A stretch of 38,542 nt of DNA. Source: Legionellaceae bacterium (GTDB lineage Bacteria > Pseudomonadota > Gammaproteobacteria > Legionellales > Legionellaceae). The notes beneath the pieces were generated by a model. It was given only the letters and a program-made list of their open reading frames with translations, was not told the DNA's origin and made no database searches. The position numbers and the translations under genes were made by a program. Shown piece after piece: positions 9,505-19,601 of this stretch. The DNA lies in contig CANISA010000001.1 in assembly GCA_947470005.1 (NCBI GenBank), forward strand, positions 1 through 38,542. Reading direction: 5' to 3'. Positions within the stretch are counted from its first letter, which is position 1. Each line of letters begins with the position of its first letter.

Positions 9505-10859
9505 GCAGCCCCCACTGTATTTAAGCTCGCCGCCAATTGTTTCTCGACCCGTGCCACGTTTTGAATCAAGGCAAGCTTTTCCGTTAATTTACGTCCCACC
9601 TGAGGCTCAATGGCAGCAATTTGTGTATTGGCTTTTTCAATGCGATGACGCAGGTCACGTAATAAATCATCAGGCAACGAGCTGCCCATGGCAGCCATCG
9701 AAACTGCTTGTAGTAAATGACTTAAATATTGTTGTAGCAGGTCGCTTGCAATCAGAGTGGAATAGCCTTCAATGTCGACTGCCGCATTACCATACTGCGT
9801 GCTATTCAGCACGAGTAAAAACTTCAATACTGGCAGCGACGTCATCTCCAAAAATCCTGCTTCCATCGGTGATAATTTCACGTCACTTTTAAGTTTTTCA
9901 TCAATGGAACGAATCAGGGTGCGAATGCGTCCACTTAATGCATGTGTTTCTGGAATCGTTATTGTGCTCAGCCGCACATTCAAGCAGTTTTTGGACTCAT
10001 CACAACGCCAAATTTGTGCTTGATTAGAACCTGATGTACCCAATAACGCGCGAATAAGTTCCCCGTTATCAGCCATGGAAGGCACTTGCGTGACTTTGCC
10101 ACTTTTATCAACAATAATCGTGCCCGTTAAACTCATCATGAGTTCTGCAAGTTCTGTGTTATCGCCCACAAACGGGGATGATTGCAACATCGACCACACC
10201 AGATTTTTGTTAATCACCACTTGTTTTTCACGCGCAGGATCTTTTGAAGCATTGTCCATCGTTTCACGATAGGCATCGCCTGAGCATGCCATCCGTGCAT
10301 CCACGTAATCATGTGACCAGCCACCTTGTCCCATTCGTCGTTGGTCGTTACAAATCTTTTGTTGACTCGCTACCGTTTTCGGCCACACGCCGCCCACCAG
10401 ATTTTGCGCCATTTCACACGAATTGATGCTGGATTGATTGACCTTTTGAACGGTGGCTTGCAGAAAATCACGCACCTGTTTTAATTCAGGTACAGTCGTC
10501 GCCAACATCACATCTACCGCATATGCACCACCATTCGTCATGATTTGTTTACCTAAATTGCTAAGCTTTTCACCACTAATGTAGCTCAAACTGCCAGTAA
10601 ATAAATCGATGCCCGCGCACCCCGCACGATAGTCCGGCATATCTAGTGTTACCAATTCATATTGGCGAACCGGAGCTCGTGCATAAAGCGAGCCGCCACC
10701 AAAGAAACCAGAGGCTTGAGATTCATAGGCTTGAACGTTCGTGGTATTGGATGCATAACCCACGTTATTAAAAAACGTATCCAAGTCAGTACTCACATCG
10801 GCTAAGGTCTGCATGGACAAACTTGCAAGGCCAAGCATCCACATGAATCTTTTTTTCAT
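9501..10859 (-). CDS. traH: F-type conjugal transfer protein TraH
   Basis: Signal peptide, the TraH motif AGCAGIDLFTGSLSYISGEKL and 452 aa, in the syntenic position. Confidence 0.9.
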   Translation of the reverse strand: MKKRFMWMLGLASLSMQTLADVSTDLDTFFNNVGYASNTTNVQAYESQASGFFGGGSLYARAPVRQYELVTLDMPDYRAGCAGIDLFTGSLSYISGEKLSNLGKQIMTNGGAYAVDVMLATTVPELKQVRDFLQATVQKVNQSSINSCEMAQNLVGGVWPKTVASQQKICNDQRRMGQGGWSHDYVDARMACSGDAYRETMDNASKDPAREKQVVINKNLVWSMLQSSPFVGDNTELAELMMSLTGTIIVDKSGKVTQVPSMADNGELIRALLGTSGSNQAQIWRCDESKNCLNVRLSTITIPETHALSGRIRTLIRSIDEKLKSDVKLSPMEAGFLEMTSLPVLKFLLVLNSTQYGNAAVDIEGYSTLIASDLLQQYLSHLLQAVSMAAMGSSLPDDLLRDLRHRIEKANTQIAAIEPQVGRKLTEKLALIQNVARVEKQLAASLNTVGAA

Positions 10860-11353
10860 GAATGGCCTCCTTGTTCATAGGCAATAATTTTAGGAACAAG
10901 CGTTTGCATGCGCGTACTCAATTCATCAAGCGTCATGCTACCGATTGCTACCGGATAAAGTGCGCCAGAGGCTGGGTTCATCACAAAAAGCGCCGGATAG
11001 CGAATACTGTTTCCTCTAAACGCTGTTTCCACGAGTGATGCGGTTGCCGTGGTTGCAGTTGGAAATTCGGGCAAAGGCTTGTCATCCAAAGTACGCGCAT
11101 CAACAGTAACGCCATGGTTATTTGCCCAGTCTTTTAAAATAGGTGCCTGGTGATGACAATGCGGACAACTGCTTGCAAAGAAAAATAGAAGCACATGATT
11201 TTTGAAAAAAGGCGTGCTCGCAGGTGTTGTTGTCGTTTGAGTAGAATGCGACTCATGCGAAGCAATCTGTTGCGTCAAAACGTCACGGCTAGATTCAGCG
11301 CACACATGACCCATTGATAAAAGTAAACAACCCCATACCAACATCTTGCTCAT
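10856..11353 (-). CDS. trbB: F-type thiol:disulfide isomerase TrbB (thioredoxin fold, CxxC)
   Basis: Signal peptide plus FFFASSCPHCHHQAPILKDWA, resembling F TrbB GHCPYCHQFDPVLKQLA. It lies between traF and traH as in F. Confidence 0.82.
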   Translation of the reverse strand: MSKMLVWGCLLLSMGHVCAESSRDVLTQQIASHESHSTQTTTTPASTPFFKNHVLLFFFASSCPHCHHQAPILKDWANNHGVTVDARTLDDKPLPEFPTATTATASLVETAFRGNSIRYPALFVMNPASGALYPVAIGSMTLDELSTRMQTLVPKIIAYEQGGHS

Positions 11354-12090
11354 ATTGCCTCTCCTTCAAATTGTTTTGCCACTAACATCAAATGAGCCGT
11401 CAACACATCTTGCGTAGTTAACCCATAGGCTACCGGTAGCGTTTGATGTGTTTTCGGATTCACCAATAACACCGCTGGGAAATAACGCACATGCAAACTA
11501 TCGGCCTGTCCCAAATCGCGCCGAGAATTCGGCAAATCTGGTGATGTTGTTCCATCCACACTGATGGGAATGAGGGAAAAATGATGCGTCTTACAAAAAT
11601 CACGTAAAATTGGAATTTGTTGTTGATCGATGGGATTCTTTGCTCGATAGAAAAATAACAAGCCTGCATTATGCGCGAGTGTTCTCAACGTCTTGCGCTG
11701 TGCAGCATACTCGATAGAATCTTGTAATTTTGTGCCTAAATTTGAGGTAGGATGCGTCACCGAGAAATCATATTCCGGATATTGCAATAAAGCTTGTTGG
11801 TTTATGCGCCCATGAAGGGACGCCTCACGCAACCAATAGTCTTGTAGCGCTAAAAATATCCGCTCATCTTCCAGGCTATGTGTGAAGCGTACTTTATGCA
11901 GGGCTTCCATGGTGTAAAAGCGTAATACGGCATCCTTGTCTGTGTAACTTAATTGATGAAACGCAACGCCTGCGTGCTTTTTCTGCCGCTCTACTTTAGG
12001 TACGTTATACCAAAGAAATCCAGCCGGTGTTTCAGCATAAAGACCCTGTGTCATCAAAATAAGGCTTAAAAACAACACTCGCTTAATCAT
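11350..12090 (-). CDS. traF: F-type pilus assembly protein TraF (thioredoxin-like, no CxxC)
   Basis: The start at ATG 12090 (MIKRVLFLSL..., preceded by AAGGGG) gives 246 aa with a signal peptide and the GFLWYN motif. The upstream extension in the track (to 12153) overlaps traN and is probably not used. Confidence 0.85.
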   Translation of the reverse strand: MIKRVLFLSLILMTQGLYAETPAGFLWYNVPKVERQKKHAGVAFHQLSYTDKDAVLRFYTMEALHKVRFTHSLEDERIFLALQDYWLREASLHGRINQQALLQYPEYDFSVTHPTSNLGTKLQDSIEYAAQRKTLRTLAHNAGLLFFYRAKNPIDQQQIPILRDFCKTHHFSLIPISVDGTTSPDLPNSRRDLGQADSLHVRYFPAVLLVNPKTHQTLPVAYGLTTQDVLTAHLMLVAKQFEGEAI

Positions 12091-13042
12091 GTGCGCGCCC
12101 CTTATCATGCATGGCATTAACATGCGCGGCGTTGGCCGCATCCATTGCAGCATCTTGTGGGACGTTTTTTTTACCGATGAGTTCCGCCACCATCTCGCTT
12201 AAATTAAGCGATTTAAAATTAATACGTTCAAGCTCCTCCGGCGTCACACCGCGACAATCAGGGTGCCATACACTACCAAATCCAATACCTAACTGCGTAT
12301 AACGCCCTTGAATTTGTACAATTCCTGCAAGCTTGGTTGGGAATACGCAATACCCATAATGAGTTGCACTAAATCGATGCGGTTTATAATGCCCCAGATA
12401 AACTGCACGCTGTTCAAGCTTAGCCTTTTGTAACTGTTGCAATTGCCATGGGCAATGAATCACCCAATCAAGAGAACCTGAATCTGTACAACAGTCACGA
12501 AAACCTAACGGATACTTTTCACATTCTTGATATACACCTCTAAAGATCGCTGCTTGGTGTGAGTTCACTTGGTTGGCGGCTACTTCTTGAGCAGTTCCTG
12601 AGACGGCGCCTAAACGACTAACCCCTTCATTGATATCATCACTCACATCTGGAGATGTCAGATCACATTTCCCATCAGCACACCCCACTGCAGGAGTTTG
12701 CGTTTCACTATGCTCTATCAAACGATCAGAAGCTGATATTTCCATTGGGTTTGGTGTCAATTTGACTCGATGTTGTTCTTCAGAAATCAAAAATCGTGCG
12801 GTGTCTTCTTGATTGAGACGCGCGCTCGCTTCTTGTTGTAATAACTTATCGTTATCACCAGAATTCGGTTGCAAACTTGATTCACGTGGGGTTGGCGTAA
12901 AGTTAGAGATGACATCCTGTGGATGAAAGGCCTGCATGGATTGCATCGCTTGTGTTCTAGCGACAATTGCACTGTCTGTCGAAGGGCTAGCGTAAGACTT
13001 GTCCTGATGCGTTAATAAGAGAAGCAGTAGAAAAGCCTTCAT
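12083..13042 (-). CDS. traN: Short TraN-like mating-pair stabilisation protein
   Basis: Signal peptide MKAFLLLLLLTHQDKSYA. The Cys-rich C-terminal region (GCADGKCD, ECEKYPLGFRDCCTD, YCVFPTKLAGIVQIQGR, PDCRGVTPEELERINFKSLNLSEM) matches the conserved TraN C-terminus. The ATG at 13042 forms an ATGA overlap with the trbC stop. Confidence 0.78.
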   Translation of the reverse strand: MKAFLLLLLLTHQDKSYASPSTDSAIVARTQAMQSMQAFHPQDVISNFTPTPRESSLQPNSGDNDKLLQQEASARLNQEDTARFLISEEQHRVKLTPNPMEISASDRLIEHSETQTPAVGCADGKCDLTSPDVSDDINEGVSRLGAVSGTAQEVAANQVNSHQAAIFRGVYQECEKYPLGFRDCCTDSGSLDWVIHCPWQLQQLQKAKLEQRAVYLGHYKPHRFSATHYGYCVFPTKLAGIVQIQGRYTQLGIGFGSVWHPDCRGVTPEELERINFKSLNLSEMVAELIGKKNVPQDAAMDAANAAHVNAMHDKGRAHD

Positions 13043-13458
13043 TGCACACCATCCTTGCATTCGCCGCGGCGCTTGATCCGGTCCAATCCTTCCGCTAGTG
13101 GCAATGTTCCATAAATCACATCAAAACAATCACCTTGTTCCACCACCAATGCAGGTACTTGATGGATGTTAAAGCGCTCAAATGCGGTGGGGTCAATTTG
13201 CAACGATAAATTAGGTATCTGAGTAGACATCGCCATAACTTTTTTTGCGGTTTCCGGCATAGAGTTTTGGTATAAACCATTTAAGATCGCCGGAATATGT
13301 AATCGCTCACACTCTTGCAACGTTTCAATCATCAATGTTTCAGGCATAGAAAAACTCACGAAAACATACGTATTTGCCGCCTCGGACACAAACGATATAC
13401 ATATACTAATCAATATCATCAAAGCTTTGCCTAAAATACGCAATTTCGTTTCCTCCAT
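13039..13458 (-). CDS. trbC: F-type pilus assembly protein TrbC
   Basis: YVFVSFSMPE...IPAILNGL...QIDPTAFERFNIHQVPALVV...CFDVIYG matches the TrbC core. The start is ambiguous: ATG at 13458, or TTG at 13443 preceded by GGAGGA. Confidence 0.83.
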   Translation of the reverse strand: MEETKLRILGKALMILISICISFVSEAANTYVFVSFSMPETLMIETLQECERLHIPAILNGLYQNSMPETAKKVMAMSTQIPNLSLQIDPTAFERFNIHQVPALVVEQGDCFDVIYGTLPLAEGLDRIKRRGECKDGVQ

Positions 13459-14402
13459 ACTAAAAACCCATATTGATCAGGTGTGTGAGGTTTTATTTTG
13501 TTGGTTTCCCAATCAAGCGTCGTGTGCCCTGATGGATAACAATGCTTGCCATCTGCCACCTGATTCACCATCTCATAGCGATAACGTGACTTCGGCAGCA
13601 CCGGCAAATGCAGTTCGCGACAAGGTGACTTACCGCTTGAATCAGTAATCAACGATGGATCGCGATGTAACTTGTAATTCATGCGCTCAGCTAATAGGAG
13701 TGCTGTTTGCACAGGTGAGAGCGGTGCATTGACATGTCCTGTTAATGGATAATGGCTACCTTGGGAGCCCGCGCACCAAAATAGGCTATCCATGGGTTGA
13801 TTGCGTAATGACGATGACAAGCTATCAGCAGCACAGGAGCTCGCGGCTAATGGATTGCCAAACAAGGTGGCTTCAGGATTCAGCACAAAACTCATCTCTG
13901 AATCATTCCAGGTTGGATCCAGTTCGGTGAGATAGGCAATGTCAAAATCACCACCTTGCTGACAACCAGCGCTGGTTATCAAATTGAGCCAGGTAATCAA
14001 CGGGTATTTGTACCAATGCACATGAAAAAACGCATGGGTTTGACCAAGACCGACGACATGCCGTCCACCTCGACGGCTCTGTGAACCTAAAGGCATGCGA
14101 TGCCCGCCCAAGTTGACGAGACAATAGGGCGTATCCGTCACATCAACCAACGCAATGGGTTCCCAGTAACCGATATTCAGTCCCACGCGCGAGCCTACGG
14201 TCATTGGGCAAACACCGATGGGACTTGCAGCATTGTCCGTATCCGGCAAATGGGAATTCACAACTTGACCACGTCCAATGGATAACGGAAATAAACACCG
14301 CCAACAAACATCAGTGATGGGATTCACGAAATGCCCCGTGCATTGAGCACCAAAGACCGTACTCGTGATTAAAAATAAAAGTCCTGTGAGGATGTGCTTC
14401 AT
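13431..14402 (-). CDS. traU: F-type conjugal transfer protein TraU
   Basis: CTGHFVNPITDVCWRCLFPLSIG, HVHWYKYPL, FWCAGSQGS.YP and a WRKRNCVF C-terminus are near-collinear with F TraU. Confidence 0.92.
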   Translation of the reverse strand: MKHILTGLLFLITSTVFGAQCTGHFVNPITDVCWRCLFPLSIGRGQVVNSHLPDTDNAASPIGVCPMTVGSRVGLNIGYWEPIALVDVTDTPYCLVNLGGHRMPLGSQSRRGGRHVVGLGQTHAFFHVHWYKYPLITWLNLITSAGCQQGGDFDIAYLTELDPTWNDSEMSFVLNPEATLFGNPLAASSCAADSLSSSLRNQPMDSLFWCAGSQGSHYPLTGHVNAPLSPVQTALLLAERMNYKLHRDPSLITDSSGKSPCRELHLPVLPKSRYRYEMVNQVADGKHCYPSGHTTLDWETNKIKPHTPDQYGFLVWRKRNCVF

Positions 14403-15040
14403 GATGAACCGTCCTCGCGAATTACAACTTCCATAATACGTAAGTTATTACCCTCGCGTGACACAAGTGCAGGCATGCGCCTGATTCCCATTTGATGGGT
14501 AATGCGACCGGCTTGATCGAAATAAATGGGGTGATTTAATTCCTGCTCCATTTTTCCCACTTCACCACCGGTTAAAATCACTTTAGCGTCGAGGTGCCGA
14601 CGTAACATACGCTTCGCCCAACGCACTTGCGCCACATCATCCGCATCTAATAATAACCAATGGGGTTGATAAGTTGGCATGCTCTCTAATGCATTCACTC
14701 GCGTGCCTTTTGTCCATAACACACGGCCATCAGCATCAAGAATATCTTGAGACAACACAATGGCAGGCGTATATCGATGTGTGTTATTTTTGGTAGCACG
14801 CTTCAGTCCAACCGGTGTTGGACGATTGGCGTGTGCGGATACGATTGATACCCACCGTTCTTCAATGGCGGCCATTTCGCCTGATTTAACAAGCGCATTT
14901 AACCGTGATTCAATCAACTTCATGAAACTCAACTCCGAAACAGGGAATATCTCACCCACCACACCTAAATTGGCCGCATGAGTAAACCCACATAAAACAC
15001 AAAGCATCAACGCGGTTGTGAACCGTTTCGCGCTCATCAC
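14399..15040 (-). CDS. traW: F-type conjugal transfer protein TraW
   Basis: Signal peptide, LGVVGEIFPVSE, VYFDQ-like IYFDQAGRI and 213 aa, in the syntenic position. Confidence 0.87.
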   Translation of the reverse strand: MMSAKRFTTALMLCVLCGFTHAANLGVVGEIFPVSELSFMKLIESRLNALVKSGEMAAIEERWVSIVSAHANRPTPVGLKRATKNNTHRYTPAIVLSQDILDADGRVLWTKGTRVNALESMPTYQPHWLLLDADDVAQVRWAKRMLRRHLDAKVILTGGEVGKMEQELNHPIYFDQAGRITHQMGIRRMPALVSREGNNLRIMEVVIREDGSS

Positions 15041-15381
15041 TTAAGACCCCGCATATTCGCCGCCACCAAGTTTAAGATGGTCGGCGTTACATCACGACGA
15101 CCCGCCAGCACGGTCGATGCGTCCAAAATAATGACCTGATTCGTCATGGCATAAGTATTCAAAGCGTCTTGCAATGCTTCCCCAAATCGCGTTGTTTTTT
15201 CGGTTAATTCAGCATCGGTTAAGGTCAAATGACTCACTTGACCCACAAAACGAGCCACTACCGCTTTTTTATCCACCGTCACTACAGAGGCTTTTAACGC
15301 GTAATGGGCATTCATAAGGCTCCATCCCAGCAAGAGGATAATGGCCAACCACTGCATTACTATGAGTTTTTGACGCATCAT
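15037..15381 (-). CDS. trbI: F-type conjugal transfer protein TrbI
   Basis: A single N-terminal TM segment. LTDAELTEKTTRFGEALQDAL...VIILDASTVLAGRRDVTPTIL...NMR parallels F TrbI. It lies between traC and traW as in F. Confidence 0.78.
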   Translation of the reverse strand: MMRQKLIVMQWLAIILLLGWSLMNAHYALKASVVTVDKKAVVARFVGQVSHLTLTDAELTEKTTRFGEALQDALNTYAMTNQVIILDASTVLAGRRDVTPTILNLVAANMRGLK

Positions 15382-17963
15382 GCTTTCTCCTGCAAAACTT
15401 GATGAATCGCATCAGACAATGTGCTACCTGCTGAAAGCTTGGCTTCAATCGCCCCGAATTCTTCACCACTGGATGAAAACAAAAGACGCGTATACGGATC
15501 GGCAAAATAACGATGAAAGCTATACGTATTTCCAGTTTCAATCATGAGATTAGAAAAACCAGCACCCACCACATCACCAAAGGATTCAATCATCTTTTGT
15601 TGAAACGCATTAAAGCGATTGGGATAAGCCGCAACATAATCTTTAAAATTACCCTGACGCATAATAATTTTGATGTCACTACTGGCGGCAATCGCTTGAC
15701 CTTGAATGGTCTTTTCCGTATCCAACAGGTATTGGGTAATCACGCCAAAACCACCATTGTGCTTGCGTGCAGTTCGAAAACCTTGCTCGATAAAATTAGC
15801 CGCAATGGGGTTGCTACCTTCGGTTAAAAAACGCCAGGCTTCATCAATAATGCAGCGCTTTTTAAGCCGTCTATCCGTTTGATAAAATTGACCCTGGATG
15901 ATGACAATCATTACGAACATCACAATCGTCAATAAATCAGGGTTGTTTTGAAATCCACCCATTTCAAACACCACGAGCTTTGATTGGTTCACGAAAGGTG
16001 TCTCGCCATTAAAAAGATGACCATACAACCCATCACGGCCGTATTTTTTGAGTAAAATGACTAAGTCATTAAGCCGTGCATCATCTTGTGATTCACGCGT
16101 TGCAAGACGTGCACGCAAAGCATCCAACACATCATCCATGCAGGCTTTCCTACCTTTTTCTTGCCAGCACGTGGTTGCTGCATCCAGTAAATAAGACTTC
16201 TGAACGTCACATATGGGCACATGCGGACTTGCCATGATGGCTAGCAAATTGCGAATTTGAATGTTATCGGCCACCTCATCCAGCCGCCCATCACCCGTTT
16301 TTAGCTCCGTTTTTCCATCAAAATCAAACAACGTAAAAGGATTCAAGGTAATGTTGGCCACATCAATGTAGGTGCCGCCCACCAATTCACATAGGTGTTT
16401 ATAGGACTGACCTAAATCAATCACATAAGTGATTTCACCCAGTGCTAAGCCACTTAAAATTTGTGCCTGCTGAAACATCGACTTACCCGCGCCTGAGGAG
16501 CCGACGGTAAGAAAATTGAAATTGGTAATCGGCAGGCTCTTGTTATCAAACGTATCGAGAAAGAAAAGTTGGTGACGATGAGTAGGCAATAACAAACCAG
16601 CCCTAGAGCCTTTCATATCAGCCACAATCGGCATTAGATTTGCAATGTTATAATGCGTCATCGTTTTGATGAGGCCTAAGGCTTCGAAATCCTTGAAAAA
16701 TCCCTCGGTCATGAAAAAGGGCAAGCTTGCCAAATAACGCACCCATTGCGTCGCACGCGATTGCTGCAACTCAAAACCCAATTGACGATAACTGCCAATG
16801 GCTTTCGCCACCACTTCACGTTCTTTATCAGGTGTTGTGAACAACATGAGATTATAAAACGTTGGTAATAGACTTAAATTATCGCGACTGCTTTCTTCAT
16901 GAATCAAATTCCAGGCTTGCCCTTCATCGCGCGCACTCGGGTTTAAAAAGAGTTGAATTGCGTTGGCATTGGCGTTTAAGGATTTAGCGCGACTTTTGGC
17001 AAGCGCCACCATTTTCTCTTGATTCACCCCTCGAATGGTCAGACTCACTAAAAACGAACAGGGAATGCCATGCTCAGGTCGCAAGAGATTTGCAAATAAA
17101 TCGGGTGTTTGCCACAACGCCAATTCGTCCGGCCACTTTTCGATATGACAATTGATGATACGTGTTTTAAATGGATGCCCATCTGCATCACTGCCTTCAC
17201 AGTCAACACTCAAATCATGCGCTGTGAATAAGCTGTTGCCGGAGGGGATAGCGTGGCTTAACGGAGATGACGCGTCCAGGTGAAATTCAGGCCAATCCAT
17301 GTTCTCTAATTGCGGGCATAAGAGCGTTCGCATCAACACTAAAAAGTCATTCCGTTCAAGACGTGCGTGAGCCAATCCAGCCACGTTCAGTTCCGATTCA
17401 ATGTTACTGCGAAGGTTATTTAAATGAAGCGATGCGTCAGCACCAAGTCGCTGTGAGAAGAATAAATACACGCGATAATCAGACAACTTTGCAGCAATAT
17501 TACGTCCATTGGGATAACCTTCAATGGCTGCCTTCAATTGATACTTTTCACTCATCTGTGCCAATTGTTGATAGATGCCGCCTTGGTTCATCATGGGGTC
17601 AAATCCATGTTCAATCATGCTACTTACATAATGGTGTTTGTGCAGCATCACCGTGCAATCAACACCTACCGGTAGTTTATTTTTAATAAGTTCTGCCATG
17701 GATTTCACAAGCGTCTCATCAGCACCAGCGGCAGGCATCACATGCAATCCAAACCCCATGGAGCGCTTATTAATAAATAACAAATCCTCATCCACCGATT
17801 CATAGGGCAATAAACTCACTATGGATGGTAAATCCAGATTGATGGATGCTTGAGCCAGACGTTCTTTTTTAAGTGATGCAGGCTGCATATGGCCGCCCTC
17901 ACCCAGTCGATGTGTAACTCGATACAAAACTGCCCTTGCAACATCGACTAATTCAGCCCACAT
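15378..17963 (-). CDS. traC: VirB4-family ATPase TraC
   Basis: Walker A GSSGAGKS and Walker B-like CIIDEAW, about 860 aa. The preferred start is ATG 17963, preceded by GGAG. The track ORF extends to 18035 inside traV. Confidence 0.92.
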   Translation of the reverse strand: MWAELVDVARAVLYRVTHRLGEGGHMQPASLKKERLAQASINLDLPSIVSLLPYESVDEDLLFINKRSMGFGLHVMPAAGADETLVKSMAELIKNKLPVGVDCTVMLHKHHYVSSMIEHGFDPMMNQGGIYQQLAQMSEKYQLKAAIEGYPNGRNIAAKLSDYRVYLFFSQRLGADASLHLNNLRSNIESELNVAGLAHARLERNDFLVLMRTLLCPQLENMDWPEFHLDASSPLSHAIPSGNSLFTAHDLSVDCEGSDADGHPFKTRIINCHIEKWPDELALWQTPDLFANLLRPEHGIPCSFLVSLTIRGVNQEKMVALAKSRAKSLNANANAIQLFLNPSARDEGQAWNLIHEESSRDNLSLLPTFYNLMLFTTPDKEREVVAKAIGSYRQLGFELQQSRATQWVRYLASLPFFMTEGFFKDFEALGLIKTMTHYNIANLMPIVADMKGSRAGLLLPTHRHQLFFLDTFDNKSLPITNFNFLTVGSSGAGKSMFQQAQILSGLALGEITYVIDLGQSYKHLCELVGGTYIDVANITLNPFTLFDFDGKTELKTGDGRLDEVADNIQIRNLLAIMASPHVPICDVQKSYLLDAATTCWQEKGRKACMDDVLDALRARLATRESQDDARLNDLVILLKKYGRDGLYGHLFNGETPFVNQSKLVVFEMGGFQNNPDLLTIVMFVMIVIIQGQFYQTDRRLKKRCIIDEAWRFLTEGSNPIAANFIEQGFRTARKHNGGFGVITQYLLDTEKTIQGQAIAASSDIKIIMRQGNFKDYVAAYPNRFNAFQQKMIESFGDVVGAGFSNLMIETGNTYSFHRYFADPYTRLLFSSSGEEFGAIEAKLSAGSTLSDAIHQVLQEKA

Positions 17964-18294
17964 GACGGACTCCTTGTGTTGATGATGAGGCGTCAGCGAA
18001 TAGCGTATCATTGGTATGACGCACACCTTGTTCATCTGTCCATGGTGCTATCCAGATCGTTTGAGTACGAGCTAAGCGTGCGTGATTTTGGCTTAAAGCG
18101 CGTCTAGCTGGTATTCGCCTGACATGGATAGGTTTTTTTACCTCATCCACTTCCGTCATGGCATTCACTTCCTCGATACTTAGACACCGATCACCCGCCG
18201 TTGCATTGCAACTAAATTGGGTGTTAATCGGTGCACACGCACTGTTCAGCATTACCACACCAACAAAACTTAATTTCATAAAGAGATGTTTCAT
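17953..18294 (-). CDS. traV: Lipoprotein TraV
   Basis: Lipobox LNSAC. FSCNATAGDRCLSIEEVN and IWIAPWTDEQGV match F TraV FECNATSGDTCMTMEQAN and LWIAPYIDNQDV. Confidence 0.87.
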   Translation of the reverse strand: MKHLFMKLSFVGVVMLNSACAPINTQFSCNATAGDRCLSIEEVNAMTEVDEVKKPIHVRRIPARRALSQNHARLARTQTIWIAPWTDEQGVRHTNDTLFADASSSTQGVRHVG

Positions 18295-19601
18295 TGCGCG
18301 TCTCCATTGGATTGTGCATACGTTTTATCAATACGGCTTAAGACTTCATGAGGAACCGTAAAATCAGGATTACCCTCTGCATCCGATTCAAGCGACGCAC
18401 TGGCTTGTCGATGCTTGCCGCGCTCAATCACCGCATCATCAGGCTCCAGGTAAAATCCATCTTTAAATACAATCGTCACCAAGTTGCCTGAACCGACTTG
18501 GATTACCGGATGATATTGCTCAGCGCGTTTTACGTAATAACTGGAAAGAACTTCAGCGGCTTTGGATGCACCACCGTAAGCGGCATAAGGTGCAATACTG
18601 CCTGACGGTACAGTTGTCGCTGAACCTAACGCACTGATGCTTTGCACGGATTGTGAATATTGAGCCGCTGAGGCAATACCAGACATAGCACCACTAATAC
18701 CGGCCCATTGCATAACCTTGTTATCGCGCATTAAGGGCTGGCCTTTAATACCGACTTTGCCACCAAAAAACGCCCAACCAGTGACCGTCTTATCAATAAT
18801 CGGCATGCCTTTTTGCGCACACGATAATTTATCCAAGACCACATAGGCGCGTTCACTGGAGATATCGCCATAGGAACTAGCGGTAACAAAACAGCCTTGC
18901 AAGTGAGAGTGTTGACCATTAGGCAATGTGCCGGGTTGCAGGAGTTTGAATAACATCACACCATTGTTTTTTGCCTGTCCATTCACCGACGCATCGGCAT
19001 CAGCGCCACCTAAAACAACAGCCCGCACAAAGGTACCGCTGGGGACATAATGATCTGGATTTAAATGATTATCTGAGGATCGCAGGCGGTGCCCATAATG
19101 AAACGAAACAGCGTGAACACGCGGTTGTGAAACTATTTGCATGCCTAAGTTAGCGCTATTTCTTGCTTGATTAACCATCGCCGTTTGCCATGGAGATGCC
19201 GCATCAGTTAGTGATGTGTTTGAAGCATTATCCGCCACTTGAACCGGTGTGTTGGTAGGTTTTATCGCGCTACTAACCATAGAAGCAAGATTTGCGGTGT
19301 CCTTCTCACGCGCCTTTTCACCTTTATCCATCGCTTCGCGTAGTTGAATCATTTGTACTTTTAAACTTTCCAATTCCGCTTGTTGCGCGGTCAACGCACT
19401 TTCAGCATTAGCTTCACTAAAACTTGCATCCACCACACCAGTTAAATTGGTTGAATCAACGCCTTTCTTTTGATTCCGCGGCTTATCGTGCGAAATCAGT
19501 AGAATGCTTGCCCCTGTGACCAACACACAGCCTAAAATCACCGCCATCAAGGTTCGTCGTTGCGTACGTGCCATCAGTTGATTGATTGAAAAACTAGCCA
19601 T
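18291..19601 (-). CDS. traB: VirB10-like TraB
   Basis: N-terminal TM segment, a coiled-coil/low-complexity linker and a conserved C-terminal beta domain, in the syntenic position. The ATG at 19601 is preceded by GGAG. The track start at 19628 lies inside traK. Confidence 0.85.
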   Translation of the reverse strand: MASFSINQLMARTQRRTLMAVILGCVLVTGASILLISHDKPRNQKKGVDSTNLTGVVDASFSEANAESALTAQQAELESLKVQMIQLREAMDKGEKAREKDTANLASMVSSAIKPTNTPVQVADNASNTSLTDAASPWQTAMVNQARNSANLGMQIVSQPRVHAVSFHYGHRLRSSDNHLNPDHYVPSGTFVRAVVLGGADADASVNGQAKNNGVMLFKLLQPGTLPNGQHSHLQGCFVTASSYGDISSERAYVVLDKLSCAQKGMPIIDKTVTGWAFFGGKVGIKGQPLMRDNKVMQWAGISGAMSGIASAAQYSQSVQSISALGSATTVPSGSIAPYAAYGGASKAAEVLSSYYVKRAEQYHPVIQVGSGNLVTIVFKDGFYLEPDDAVIERGKHRQASASLESDAEGNPDFTVPHEVLSRIDKTYAQSNGDAQ

